This document shows positions 1 through 12,540 of a stretch of 64,000 nt of DNA, one piece after another. The translations under genes were made by a program, and so were the position numbers. Within the stretch, counting starts at the first letter, position 1; the number at the start of each line of letters is the position of its first letter. The DNA lies in assembly GCA_026023565.1 (NCBI GenBank), contig JAPETS010000005.1:434001-498000 (forward strand), given 5' to 3'. The DNA is from Cirrosporium novae-zelandiae. Lineage: Eukaryota. Below the pieces are notes generated by a model, which saw only the letters and a list, made by a program, of their open reading frames with translations, was not told where the DNA came from and made no database searches.

Positions 1-523
1 GAATGCAGAGCAGGTTCCCCATCATCTCGTACGAACCACCAGTATTCAAATGTCTGGCCAGTGGGTAGCGTTTCATCCATTTTAATACCCACATAGTGAG
101 TATTCGTGTCATCTAGGAGAACAAGTCAGTCTTGGATGAAGATTTCTGTATAGTCGCTTTAAAGGCTCACCGTAATCATCAATCAATGTGTAATCAGTGG
201 TATTTGCATTTCCAACAGAGTGTTCTCCTGCGGACGTTTTGACATCGCTGCTGGTGCAGTAACAGATGAGATCTATGTCTCCGTTAGCTTTTACTAACAT
301 AAGAAGAAGAAGAAGAATGCTCACATCCTCTCCCGGTAGATGATGACCTAGTTCCAAGTAAGTCTGTATCTTCATAGAATGCATCGTAGAGATCTCCATT
401 CGTTTTCGAAACTTTGAACCGCAGTTTTTCTGTGGTGACGCTAATGTATGATTTCGTCTCATTGGCTTGGAGATACGCAGCAGCGAGCTGGAGCAGCGCA
501 AAGAGCAATATCCAAACTGACAT
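1..523 (-). CDS. Secreted rhamnogalacturonan lyase (PL4-like), 5' part; the gene runs off the left edge of the window
   Basis: Signal peptide MSVWILLFALLQLAAA. Removing two GTGAGC...TAG introns gives ...GRGYLICYCT...DDTNTHYVGIKMDETLPTGQTFEYWWFVRDDGEPALH, which resembles the YLDCYC and GQxFxQYWFLRDGExGLH motifs of fungal PL4 lyases. Confidence 0.75.
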
Positions 524-1605
524 GTTGCCAATATTATAACGCCGTAAAGCAATTATAGCCCTTTTTCAAGGAACTTGGAGTTGCTTCTACTTACAACAAT
601 TAGGCGGACCATCTGTTTCTTATAAAGTGAGCGCTCATCTCTTATAAACAGACATGAGCAACATCGTCAGGTTAGCATTAAAGATCAGGTTCACAAAAGC
701 CGAACCTCTAGCACGCAATTGCGACTTTATTTGACGAAGTAGAATAGAAATCGCGCAAAGAGCACATTAAGTGAATATGACCGTTGCTAGGAAGATGGGT
801 AATTCTTAATATCTAATAATGGACAATAATTTCATTCTTATATCCGTCTGCTAGAAAAAAGGTAGCCGATCTTTGAGCTCGCCGTTGGGGATGCTCGAGC
901 CGGTGGCGGTGATGATGCCCAAAAGCATCAGGAGCTGCGGGGTAGGATTAGTATCTTCATATATAAATATGAAAAGATGTAACACAATATGGCAACGATT
1001 GCTTGGGTGCTAGAAGTTATCTATCCGGTAGAAGGCAATTGATTTCTAAAATTCTCCCATTGGATAAAACGGCTCGCACGCCATTTACGGGGGTGGCACG
1101 TTCAACGGAAATACCAAAAATTTAGCTTCACTCCTCTTACAAGAGGTAGAATGCCATCTCGTTTTCTGCAGGTACCGAGGAGGGGGTTGATTTATGCCAA
1201 TGATGGTTGCTGTAGGGAAATAGGGGAATGGAGGAATGGGATGACAGTTGGGGTTCGGGCTATTGTTCACGCGAAACCTTGTCTGCTGCTTTTGTGCTAA
1301 TGAGAAATACCTCGAATATAAAAACAAGTTTTATCTTCTTGCTTCCGCCATAATTCACACCTCTAGATGGCCATTGAGGTAGAGAATTGCTTCGTCTTAT
1401 TTGGCTGTGAAACCCGTGAAGTGGTCGGCCTCGTTGGTAGTCTACGAATTAAGAAATGATGCCTAGAAGACCTGGAAGACTCTAGTGACTGCTTGACGAA
1501 GTAGCAGTCGTCGATAACTCTCGATGGGTTCTCCCAATAGTATTCCTGACGGATGTGATCAAACCCTTACTGAAGGGATACGACCAGGCTATCTAGAGCT
1601 TGATC

Positions 1606-4038
1606 TTAAGCAAAACTATCCCCTTCCTTCCTGATTATCTTATCCAACCTCCCCCAACGAGATTTTCTATCTTTCTCCTCCCTCATTTCTTTTTTCCTTT
1701 CCCAAACCGCTCTCACCGTGTCTCTAATCCTCTCCTCTCCTTCTTTGAAATTTGCCTTTGCAAGTCCCACCACCTTGTCGATTTCTTCTGGCGTGTATAT
1801 GAAATTCCAAGTAGACATGAAGTCTGAAGTTGCAGGATCGACACCAGGCACTTTATCGGGGTTCGGAATTAGAGGAAAGTAAATAACTGTAATGCCTGCA
1901 GAAGGATCTTTTAGTGGGGATGGGTTAGTAATCATTTTAGATGGAGGGGGTTCTCTGTCGACTATGGTTTCTTGCGAAGTCCCAACCCAGATATTACAAT
2001 AGGAAAGGTCATATATAAAGGAGTCCTCATGATCTTGGTTTTTGAGATCGTCTTTTGTTTTGTTTGTTTGTTGATTTGGTTGACCTTCTGCTTGAGCTTC
2101 TTCAAGCTTGCTTTCAGCTTCTCGGGGAGTTCTAGCCTGTGCTTCCTCTAGATCCTGTGCAGTTTGAGCTGCTGTTGCCTCATGAGGGGGCCATCCAGCC
2201 CCTATCGGCCAGCCCTTGATATCCCGTTGACGGGCATAACCATCAACAGCTCGAAGCCAATTTTCAGTGCGAATGTCAGCAGAATTATCAAAGGCAACAA
2301 TGATATCGACATTACGTCCAGGTCGGAGTAGCGGATAAATAGGAAGATTGTTACTCATTCCTGCATCCATGAGTTGAAGATATTTGGTTTTAAAGAAGGA
2401 AGCTGGTGTGGTGGACGGCAGCTTTTTTTCCATGCCCAGAACGTAATTTGGGATCTTTGCTGGGTCTATTGGATGGACCTTTATGAGCTCGTTATTTCTT
2501 TCCGAGATTATTTGGTCTAGACCGTTAAAAGCCGCCATACTGATAATAATTGGACGAATCTCTTTGTAATAGTGATATAGGGTGGCACAGAATGCGCTAC
2601 CCCAGATGCCCATTAGAAGAGAGATACGAGCTTCCGGTGGCTGTATAGATGCGTTTGGGGGAAGTACATTGTGGCCATCATAGAAATGGCGACCGAGAGA
2701 CCAGGTAGGAATCCCTGCTGAAATTTCTTCACACCAAAATTCATATGGAGTTAGTTCGAACCACTGAAACCACGCTTCTCGTCGAGCTTGCTCTTTTACC
2801 GTATTAGATAAACTGGCAGATTCCTCCTCAAATGGAATCTCATGTCGGACAGCCGTATATATTGGCAGAGCATTGCTCCCATCATCAATGTAGGCACGTT
2901 GGTTCGATAGTTTGAGGTTGCGGGGGTTGACGTCTAGCTCTCCTTTTGGCACAAGGAGACGTGCCGCAAGCAATAGGCCATATATATCGACTACCCCAAA
3001 GTCGGCATCTGGATCGACCCCAAGCTTCTCAACAAACCCACTTAATAGATACTTGTTTGTAGGTGCTGATGTTATCAAGTCGAGCGCAGCAGGCGGGAAG
3101 GCTATGTGCACACCAGTCCTGTTTTTTAGATGTTTAATAATATTTTGACAGTTGGCCCTCCCTAAGCTTGAGTTGTAGAGTGCCTGTAGCCAACAACTGC
3201 CGCTGACACCTGCGGTATATGTTACGCAATCAAGTAATCCGGCTTCTTGGGCCGAAGAATATGATCCAGTGCCAGCAACTAGCGCCCTCAGTCCACCACC
3301 CGAGCCGCACATTGCAATTATAGGTATATCGTCTGGATGGATTTCATCTTCTGGAACACCGAGGTATTTTGCTAATGCCCCCTTCATATGTTCCTTCCTC
3401 TTCCTCCTAAAAACTAATTCTTCTTTGCAGAGGTCATTACCAGTTCTCACATCTGCGTCATACGTTATTTCGGGATTGATGCTTGTATCGTGCGCATCCT
3501 CCAATATCTCATATGCTAAAGACCCCGGCGCCATATCCATCTCCCATTGCAATTTCTGAAAAAAAGCCGGAAGTTGTCTCGCCCACGCAGGGAGTAGGAA
3601 ATTTGTGATGCCATCACCGACGGATGCCCATTCAATTGAAGCAAAGTGATTCGAAGCATCCGAAAAGAACTCTGAGACCGTCGACCATGCAGATTTTTTC
3701 CCCTCAACACCTACAGTCTGATTTTCATCTTCTTGGTCCTCTTTTAATTTCACCGAATCCCTCTGCATCTGGTTGGGAGCTCGCTTCTGTTCATCTAATG
3801 TCTTTTGCGTGTCGGAAACGGAAATTCTTGATTTCCTACGGCCTCCGAACTTGGGCGATTCGGTAAAAATGGCTTTAGTTTGCGGCAATGATGAACTAGA
3901 GCTAGTCGGTGTACCATCATCAGCAAATAAGACGTGTTGCTTCGCGTGAGCTCCATAGGTAATGGAGGTACTGCAAACTGCTGCAAGAACAGCTGGGTGA
4001 CGCCATTGTTGTAGCCATGTTAGGCGAGGGATACGCAT
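1606..4038 (-). CDS. Cytosolic phospholipase A2 / lysophospholipase (PLA2c domain) with Arg-rich, presequence-like N-terminus
   Basis: Intronless ORF with GSGGGLRA, catalytic GVSGS and LMDAG motifs. First ATG is at 4038 (MRIPRL...); the track's start at 4254 is non-ATG. Confidence 0.88.
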   Translation of the reverse strand: MRIPRLTWLQQWRHPAVLAAVCSTSITYGAHAKQHVLFADDGTPTSSSSSLPQTKAIFTESPKFGGRRKSRISVSDTQKTLDEQKRAPNQMQRDSVKLKEDQEDENQTVGVEGKKSAWSTVSEFFSDASNHFASIEWASVGDGITNFLLPAWARQLPAFFQKLQWEMDMAPGSLAYEILEDAHDTSINPEITYDADVRTGNDLCKEELVFRRKRKEHMKGALAKYLGVPEDEIHPDDIPIIAMCGSGGGLRALVAGTGSYSSAQEAGLLDCVTYTAGVSGSCWLQALYNSSLGRANCQNIIKHLKNRTGVHIAFPPAALDLITSAPTNKYLLSGFVEKLGVDPDADFGVVDIYGLLLAARLLVPKGELDVNPRNLKLSNQRAYIDDGSNALPIYTAVRHEIPFEEESASLSNTVKEQARREAWFQWFELTPYEFWCEEISAGIPTWSLGRHFYDGHNVLPPNASIQPPEARISLLMGIWGSAFCATLYHYYKEIRPIIISMAAFNGLDQIISERNNELIKVHPIDPAKIPNYVLGMEKKLPSTTPASFFKTKYLQLMDAGMSNNLPIYPLLRPGRNVDIIVAFDNSADIRTENWLRAVDGYARQRDIKGWPIGAGWPPHEATAAQTAQDLEEAQARTPREAESKLEEAQAEGQPNQQTNKTKDDLKNQDHEDSFIYDLSYCNIWVGTSQETIVDREPPPSKMITNPSPLKDPSAGITVIYFPLIPNPDKVPGVDPATSDFMSTWNFIYTPEEIDKVVGLAKANFKEGEERIRDTVRAVWERKKEMREEKDRKSRWGRLDKIIRKEGDSFA

Positions 4039-4579
4039 GCTGCTGGAAGAGTAAAGAGTGGAGAGATGAAATATAAATAGATAATTAATTTTAATAGCGT
4101 AGATAAAGAAATGGTAGAGAAAGAAAGCTTTCTCGTACTTGGTTGGATACTTGGAACGCTTTGCCAACTGCGGGGGGTGGGGGAGCTGTACTTGGTAATA
4201 CTTTCTATGACGTGGAGGGGTGGTGGGGGGCTCAGCTTTACTCGAGTGGACCAAATGCTATTTTAGATTTCGGCTTAAATCTAGGAACGGCTAAACCAGA
4301 AAAGGCTTAGAGCCAACAAACACTCCCATGCCGTGTTTGCTCGTGTTTGCTTGAATTGCTCAACGTCTAAAACATCAAGTTGGTTAATATTGTACTTGGA
4401 ATATGCTTTCTTTAATAGACTAGATAATTGTGTACAGCTTTTAATTTCAGCGACCTGTACTTCCACTTCCTTTTCTGCTCCCCCTTCTCCTGCTTTGCTG
4501 CTGTTGTTAAAGGATGTGAATGAATCTGTTCTAGGTTTCAACTGGTTGTGTACATCTCTCTGTTCATTCCTTTTTCATT

Positions 4580-6561
4580 ATGGTTGCCCCCAGAAATACG
4601 GCGTATGCCGAGGAGAGTGCCGAGGTCGAGGTTCTATATGCAAATCTCGAGAAGCTGAGGACTTTAACCAAGAAGATTCAAGGTTCTATGACTCGGTTGG
4701 AGGAGAACGGAAGGACGGTCAAGGAAGCTATCGGCCCAATCTACAGCAATACTCAGACTCTTCAAACCACCAATAACAATGTCGACCGGATCAATGAAGC
4801 CATTGATAGGATACGAAAACCCCTCGATGTAAAGGCGAGGGAAGAAAGGATCATCCGAGATGGGTATGCATCTGTCCTTTAATTAAATAACCTGGGCCTA
4901 ACCTGCATGTAGACCTCGGACGGTTGGACTTGATAATTATCTGAGTTCAATGAAGAGGGTCGAAGTAGCTTTGTCTGATTTGACTCAAACAAATTTGAGA
5001 TCTAACCAGCAGGCCATATCAGAATTCTCTCTTCTCTTGGACCTTGGAAGCCAGCAGCTTCAGGATATATTTAAGACCTCTCTGCAGGAGGACGTCCAAC
5101 CAGTTGAGCCGTTACATTATATTACAAAACGTGGGTTCCATTTACTTTCCCATCTATACTATCATTGTTCTTATCCGAACCCCAGAACTATCATTTCCCA
5201 CATTCGAACCAGATAAGGCGGCTCTGCTACGATCTATGAACGGGGCTATTAGCGCTTCAATGGCCTCTCAGCCCCAAAAAGAAAACCCGGCCGGAGCTAT
5301 TTACGCAGACATCCGTGGGCCCTACATTCGAGGGAGCTTGACAAACCTCGCCACCGCTACTATCAATACTGCAAAACGAACAGCGCCTAACACTATCTAC
5401 CGCCAGGGGACCAGCGGGATAGGCGCCTACGCTAGTAGCATCGAAGGTATTGTCTTCGCTGAATACGAAAATATTTGCGCTATCTTCTCGCCCTCCGACT
5501 GTGGGCGTGCCCTCGATTTGGCATGTCGCTCTGCGCTTGCCGAATTTGCGAAAACATTGCGTGAGCTCCACACTCAGATAAAGCAGAATATAACGACGGA
5601 CTGCTTCCTAGCATATGAGGTCATTGACGTGGTATTCCCTCTCTCGTCCCACATCGATGCTAAAACAGGCGAGCTCAAAGCCGCTTTCTTTGAAGCCCTC
5701 AAACCCATCCGAGAAACGGCAAAGGCTTCCTTCTATGAACTCCTTGAAGATACTCGGAATCGGGTTCAAAACAGCCCAGCTCCACCGAACGACGGGTCCG
5801 CCCTACCAATCACTAGCGAAGTGATGACGCGCCTGCAAGCCATGACCGCGTATCCGCATCCCCTCTCCTCCATCTTAGCATCCCTCGGCGACGGAAACTG
5901 GAAAACTGCTAGCCCTACTAGCGCAAATACGCCCCTCGATGTCGGTGTCGACGGTCGCCAGCTTTTAGGAAACTACATAACTGACAGCGTTGATGCCCTG
6001 CTCTCATCTCTCGAAAACAAGGCGCGCACCCTCCTGAAGGGAAAACTCGTCATTGGTGTTTTCCTAGCTAACAACCTTGCTGTCGTGACACGCACAATCA
6101 CAACATCAGACCTAGCATCGCTGCTAGCTTCAAACCCGAAATCAGGCCCGAAGCTGGAAATGTGGAGAAAGAAATCACTTTCGTTGTATCTGGACGCCTG
6201 GAAGGATTGTTCCCACCACCTCCTAGATGTTCAGTACACGTCTCGGACTCCGCGTCCGTCGTCCTCTGGGACACCGGCCGACTCGGCAGCAATCATCAAG
6301 TCGCTCAGTTCCAAAGACAAAGATTCGGTTAAAGAAAAGTTTAAGGGCTTCAATGCAGCGTTTGACGACCTGTTGCAGAAACACAAGGGAATCAATATGG
6401 AAAAGGAGGTGAAGGCAAATTTAGGGAAGGAAGTACAGGGCTTGTTGGAACCGCTTTACGGGAGGTTCTGGGAGCGGTATCATGAGATTGATCGGGGGAG
6501 GGGGAAATATGTCAAGTTTGATAAGGGAAATTTGGCTGCGCAGTTGTCGGCATTGGGATGA
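4580..6561 (+). CDS. EXO70: Exocyst subunit Exo70 (3 exons; introns 4864-4912 and 5131-5185)
   Basis: N-terminal EESAEVEVL...IGPIYSNTQ and C-terminal [14 protein letters not shown]...YGRFWERY...KYVKFD. Splicing joins ORFs 4580, 4950 and 5044 in frame. Confidence 0.93.
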
Positions 6562-6939
6562 TAACCAGGATTCGGTATTTGTAGTGGCTTCTCTCTTGTT
6601 AATAATTTATTCTTTGTTTCTCTCTATTTTCTCTCAAATGTGGGAAATGAGAAAACCCTTTTTACGAGGGATATTTACACAGTATAAAGATAATATTAAG
6701 ATCCTTTAGTTGCCGTGACTAGTGGGGTTAATAAATCCTCCCCTTCTAATTTCTCTAGAATTATCCTATGCCTTTCCGTGTGCCCAAATAATACCTAATC
6801 CTATTCTTCATCCCAGAATATCAGAATCCCATATCTATCACCCAATCCATCCTATCCGATGGACCTATGATCCTAGTTTAAATTACCGTTAAGCCATCGA
6901 AAACCACTCTTCTTCACTATACGAGTCGTCAAAAGTTGC

Positions 6940-9430
6940 CTATTTCCTCGCCGACGAAAAAACCTCCATCAAACTCTCAGCCTCCTCTGGTGTACATTTA
7001 TTCTCCAACAACTCATGCGCCTTATCTATAACATCATCCTCAATCCCTTTGTCAATAACCAATGCCGTGCTAAACGCAATCCGCGCCAGCACCAACGAAT
7101 ACTTTTGCTGGTCCCCGGGAACCAACCTCAGCTTTGCATCTATGTCGATGAGATGTTGGTAATTGGTGAGGATGTGGTAGAGAAGACGGATGCCCATGTT
7201 GATGATTGAAATGCAGTGGTGGTGGCCGTACCGGTGGTTGTAAAGTTCACCAAAAGAAGAATGAAGCAAGCGGATTAGACGGATAATGACTTTGTCGTGG
7301 GTGGCAATGGCCTCGCCTCCGTTGGGGGTCAAGGATATCGCGTCGAGTATAGAGAGGGTTGCTTGCCGGAGCTCGGCGATATCATCAATTGAGTATGGTG
7401 GGTCACATTTCTTCATGGGCTTATCTTCGAAGAGGAGGTTGGTCAAATTTCCAAGAAGAAGGTGTTGGCTTGTGTTTTGATCGCCTTCACTGCCCTGAAT
7501 GATGGGTCCGAAGGTTTCAGGGAATATACTTGTACTAAAGAGTTGAAGGTTGAGGAGGAGGTTTTCGAGGCCGCGATCTATACTTTTGGAGAAGAACATA
7601 CAATGTTCGAAACTTATATGGCGCCAATAGTTCTTTAGGTCTTCTGGATTAGAAATCCAACCACATGCTACATCATAAAGCATGGTTAATGCATCGGTAA
7701 TGATTTCATCCTTTACTTTCTTCAGCTGCGACTGAGGGATGCGTGCATAAGCATTGAGCGATGCGGTTAATTGAGAGACATCAGTGATCTCCTTCATGAC
7801 ACAGGATACTGCTTCCTCTGGCTCTAGAGAGAGCGCAAAGCCCGTCAGCTCCATTATCAGGGGAAGCGGTTCGTAGTATTTCTCATCGAGGCATGGGTGC
7901 CACATTTTGGTAATGATGATCTTAGTAATCTGACCCGGAAAACATTCAATATCTTCCTCGGTACGGAGAAGGGATGTCTCCTCCAAGAAGATTGACGAAA
8001 TATGTTTTTGTGGTTCTGATGGAAATGCATATTTTGTGAGTGCTTCAACGGTCCGGTCTTGGCCAAAACTAGGATGGTGGTTCAAGATATATTGCATGAC
8101 ATGATATCTGTGGTAATTGCGCTGGAACTCTTCATTCTGAGATTTCATATGTCGTTGGTAAGGGTTATCGTCTTCATCAATTTGCATGATATCTTCTCCA
8201 TGGTTATCAAATTGAAGCGATGGTAGTGGACTATCGAGAGTGACTCCTCGCTTCCTTTTTTCTCCTGCTTTTGGAGTAGTGGGCTTCTGCCGTGCTCTAC
8301 GTTTTGAGGGAGACACTGGCATAATTTCTCCGTCATCAAATCCATCTCTAAACGGAAGGATTCCTGACTTTTTGGGTGTAGTTTGGACATCGGTACTTAT
8401 GAATTTTGTACCTTCTTTTCTACTTGCTCTTGTGCCTTTGGTTTTCTGTCCTTCTTCCTCAACTTCGCGTTGTAGGAATTTATTCGCAGTGGCTATCCGT
8501 TGATTCTCCTTATTAATATATTCCAGCCTTTCCTGCTGTTGTGCAATTTCATCATGATGCCGCATTTGTATCGCTTCAAGGGTCCGATCATGTTCCTTCT
8601 TAGCTCTCTCTTGATTTGCACGTACAATCGAAATTTCTCCTGCCTTGGCAAGTGCTTCGGAATTAGCAGCAGATAGCTCTCTCTGCAGCCTTTGTTGCTC
8701 TTGGAGTAGCTGGAGGCCATGTTAGTCTAGATGTACATATAAAGTGGTAATATTAACACACCTGGTCAATCCTCGCCTGCAGGGCCTGAGTATCTTGAGT
8801 TTCTGATGGTTCATAGTTCAAAATAGGTTCCTCATCAAGCAACATAGAGTCCCCATTATCTTGAGAACTATTGTCCGTATGCACTAGGGGTGGGATATGT
8901 TGAATAGCTCTAGTAGCTTGAATTGGTGCCTGGTGTCCCACTTGAAAGGAACCATAGGTTCCACTGTGATATCGAGTTTGCCCCCACTGCTCGTTCTGGG
9001 TTGTTATGGGAGGGCCTCTATGGGGATATGTGGGTTTTGACTTCGGTATATTACGATGAGGTTGTGGCCGGACTTGTGCTTGAGATGACTGATTTTTTTG
9101 GTTTATACGGTTGTTTTCTCCATTATATCCATTGTGTTTCCATTGCTCCTTTTGCGCCACTTGTCTCTGTAGTGCTTGGGGAAGAATAGTTCTGGGCTGT
9201 TGCTGAACTGGATGAATATGCCCAGCATCGTCATATACACCGACTTCTCCATCAACGTTACTATAATCTGAAGATGGTTGCTGTGAGGTCTGATGGTGGG
9301 GGAAATTTCTGTTCACAGCCGGCAATTGTTGAGTAAATTGAATGGCCTCTTGCTCAAGTTCAGATATTGCATCTGGCGGTAAAGTATCGAAAACATCATC
9401 CGAGAGGTCATCCGAGTAGCTGTTATCCAT
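6940..9430 (-). CDS. DNA damage checkpoint protein Rad26/ATRIP (UvsD-like), 2 exons
   Basis: Acidic N-terminus with LEQEAIQFTQ, coiled coil with AKAGEISIVRANQ, then LPFRDGFDD and TPK(x)GEKRKR motifs and a helical C-terminal domain. Intron GTGTGT...ACTAAC...CAG at about 8761-8710. Confidence 0.78.
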
Positions 9431-9851
9431 TCCATTTGAATTGCATCATCGCAAGTGGTTTGCGACAATTATGAGAGAATTATTAAGAAAATAGACGCTG
9501 GTATGTTTATGTTTGCCTGAGGCATTGATAAAGGGGATATTTGACATTTGACAAAGGTGGCAAGTTCCGTATGAAATCATATGCCTATCCTGGTATTATC
9601 GGTATTATCACACCTAATTATGACATAATGTAACCCTCCCTCTTTCAACAAGCTCCTCCTCCTTCCACTACTTGGTATCGTCGGCCCGTCTTCACGATAC
9701 ACCCACCAAAGAATCCACGTTGCTGAATATTACCTACATACTGTGCGCCAGTCTCTTCGTCTCTACCTATTTGCATCTCTATTCCGTCGCACAAATTTAT
9801 ACATCCTAGACCTTTCCGCTTCTTCCCGCCAAGACTACAAAAACGGCACTG

Positions 9852-9882
9852 CTGACGAAATTACGAACTGACGAAATTACGA
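9852..9882. repeat. Tandem direct repeat with 16-nt period (CTGACGAAATTACGA x2)
   Basis: Copies at 9852-9866 and 9868-9882, between the divergent Rad26 and CDS1 starts. Confidence 0.9.
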
Positions 9883-10074
9883 GTGCACCAACTAACTTCG
9901 GCACTATAAACCAATACTTCCGATCCCATTATCAACAATCCGGGCACGCCAGGCTTCCTTTTTACGAACTTAAAGATCATAAAACATACATACATTTGGC
10001 ATCGTATTTTTTGACCTCTTGTCTCGTTTCCATTTACTTGGTAGATATCCTTTAAAGCTACCCCTTTGAGAAAG

Positions 10075-11652
10075 ATGGCTGGGCCCAAGAGAAGAAATGT
10101 CAAATTCAACCACAGAGGGAGTAATGAAAGTGGGCGAAGACTGAGTATTTCAGAATTGAGTGAAGATGCGCCAAGTCCCAGGAGTCCTATAAGGAACGAA
10201 GATCTAACCAAAGGGAAGCCTATTCTAGAGGTCAGTACAGCCAAGAACAAGATGTCTTCACACACCTCGGATCTTCTTCTATGCCTCTGAATTCCCTTAT
10301 ATCTGACGTTTGACATGCAGACAGGCGAATCAACCCAAGCCTCGGAATATGAAAAGAAGAAGCAGACCTTTATCACACGAACAATATGGACATTTATCAT
10401 GATCGCACTCTTTTTTGGCGCAATCGCTGCTGGACATATTTATGTGATTGGCATTGTTACCATGGTACAGGTTGTGTCCTTTAAAGAGGTAATAGCAATT
10501 GCAAATGTTCCAAGTAAGGCGAAAAACCTACGGTTTACGAAGAGCTTGAACTGGTACTTTCTGGTAACCACCATGTACTTCCTCTATGGCGAAAGCGTCA
10601 TCTACTATTTCAAGCATATAGTGCTGGTGGATAAGGTCTTGTTGCCTCTTGCGACCCATCATCGGTTCATCAGCTTCATGTTATATGTCACAGGTAGGCC
10701 TAGAACTCCGCATAGAAAATATACATTGTGGGGATAGTTGACTAACAAATATGTAGGCTTTGTCTTCTTCGTTGCTTCTCTCCAAAAAGGCCATTACCGC
10801 TTTCAATTCACCCAGTTCGCATGGACACACATGGCACTCTACCTAATCGTTGTTGAAGCCCATTTTATCATGAATAATATTCTTGAGGGCATGATTTGGT
10901 TCTTCTTACCCTGTTCCCTCGTCATCACCAACGATATTTTCGCGTATATCTGCGGTATGGCCTTCGGGCGCACACCCCTCATCAAACTCTCCCCCAAGAA
11001 AACAGTTGAAGGCTTTGTTGGTGCCTGGATCTGTACCATTCTGTTAGGCTTTGCGATGACAAATTTCCTAATGCAATTCAGCTACTTCATTTGCCCTGTT
11101 AATGACCTTGGTGCCAATGCCTTCACGGGACTGGATTGCGTGCTCAACCCTGTCTTTATACCTACCATGTATCAACTCCCTTCCTGGACCTCTTCTTTCC
11201 TTCCCTCTACACTCTCTATTGCCCCCATACAATTTCATATCATGGTTTTTGCAACCTTCGCCTCTTTGATCGCTCCCTTCGGTGGCTTCTTTGCCTCCGG
11301 CCTCAAACGGACTTTTAAGATTAAGGATTTTGGCGAGTCCATTCCTGGCCACGGTGGTATGACTGACCGCATGGACTGCCAATTCATTATGGGGTTCTTT
11401 GCATATATGTATTACCACAGCTTCATTGCTGTGTACAAGACGAGTGTGGGGGGAGTCCTAGAGAAAGCTATTACGGGATTAACTGTGGAGGAACAGATTG
11501 AAGTGGTACATGGGTTAAGCAAGCACTTATTCAATCAGGGAGCGGTTTCGGAGAAGGTACACAAATCCTATCAAGTAGGGAAGAGGCTTCTAACTAATCA
11601 TCGAAACCAGGTCTTCGAATGCTTCAGTACCGTTCTCACACGAAAACGGTAA
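10075..11652 (+). CDS. CDS1: Phosphatidate cytidylyltransferase (CDP-DAG synthase), 4 exons
   Basis: SPKKTVEGF and SGLKRTFKIKDFGESIPGHGGMTDRMDCQ signatures, multiple TM helices and three canonical introns. Confidence 0.96.
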
Positions 11653-12540
11653 ATAAAAACTTCCAATCTAAAAATTCAAGTGGCAGTTCCAGTTTTATTT
11701 CATCCCTATGCCTCAAGGAACTTTACCCTTCTTTTTCCTTACTTGGTGAAGTGGTTGGCCTCTCGGCCGAGCTAGACATTGAAAAGCGGGCTCCTTAATA
11801 CCATACCCATACCGCAATGCTTATTTGTATGTACATATTCCCATATTCGTTTATTGGCCACTTTACTACAGCGTGTGGACACGCTTTTCATTGCTTTCAT
11901 GGATTGGGGTGAGCTTGCCTGGATTCAGGATTAGGGGGTTTGGGTATTTGTTATCTATTATAGCTATTATGAGTTGAATGCATGCAGCGTGTGCGGGATA
12001 CACTACCTACCCCACGAGACATAGGAACTTACTAGACGAAAAAAAATTATGTCTTCTTCCTCCGATAGGAGATGGAAATGCTGAAGAGCCTTGATGGCTA
12101 GCCAATTATTGGGGCTGCTCTTTCGCCCCAAAAGGCTCTCCAGAAATGATGATCATTCCGTGGTTCTGTATTAACTGAGAACGTATATGTGTTCCTAGAT
12201 TAAAGGTATTAGAAAGGTAGTTAAGAAATGAGATGGGGAAATAGTAGACATCTATCGGAAATGCAGAAAGATCATCACCACCATAGAAGGAATATCATGC
12301 TGTGAAAATAATTTGCGTCGTCTTGGCTCCTCGGAGGGCCTCCTCAAGTCAGGAGACTTACCATGGGTATCATAGATTTATCGCATTCATATCAAAAGTC
12401 CACCCCCCCACCCCATCCCACCTAAAAGTGCCATTCTCTTATTTTAAAAATTTCTCGATTTCCAAAAATAGGATCAGTTCCCAAACTACCATTATGCGGA
12501 TACTACCAAGGATTTTCCATCTTCCTCTTATTCTTCTTCA

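Noticed and set aside
4039..4254. 72-codon upstream extension of the phospholipase ORF
   Set aside because: Non-ATG start with AT-rich, UTR/promoter-like composition. The ATG at 4038 gives a coherent N-terminus.
12146..12178. ATGATGA...CTGA as a C/D snoRNA (also 51110-51217)
   Set aside because: Either too short or lacking a terminal stem and a recognisable rRNA antisense element; both lie in probable 3' UTR sequence.
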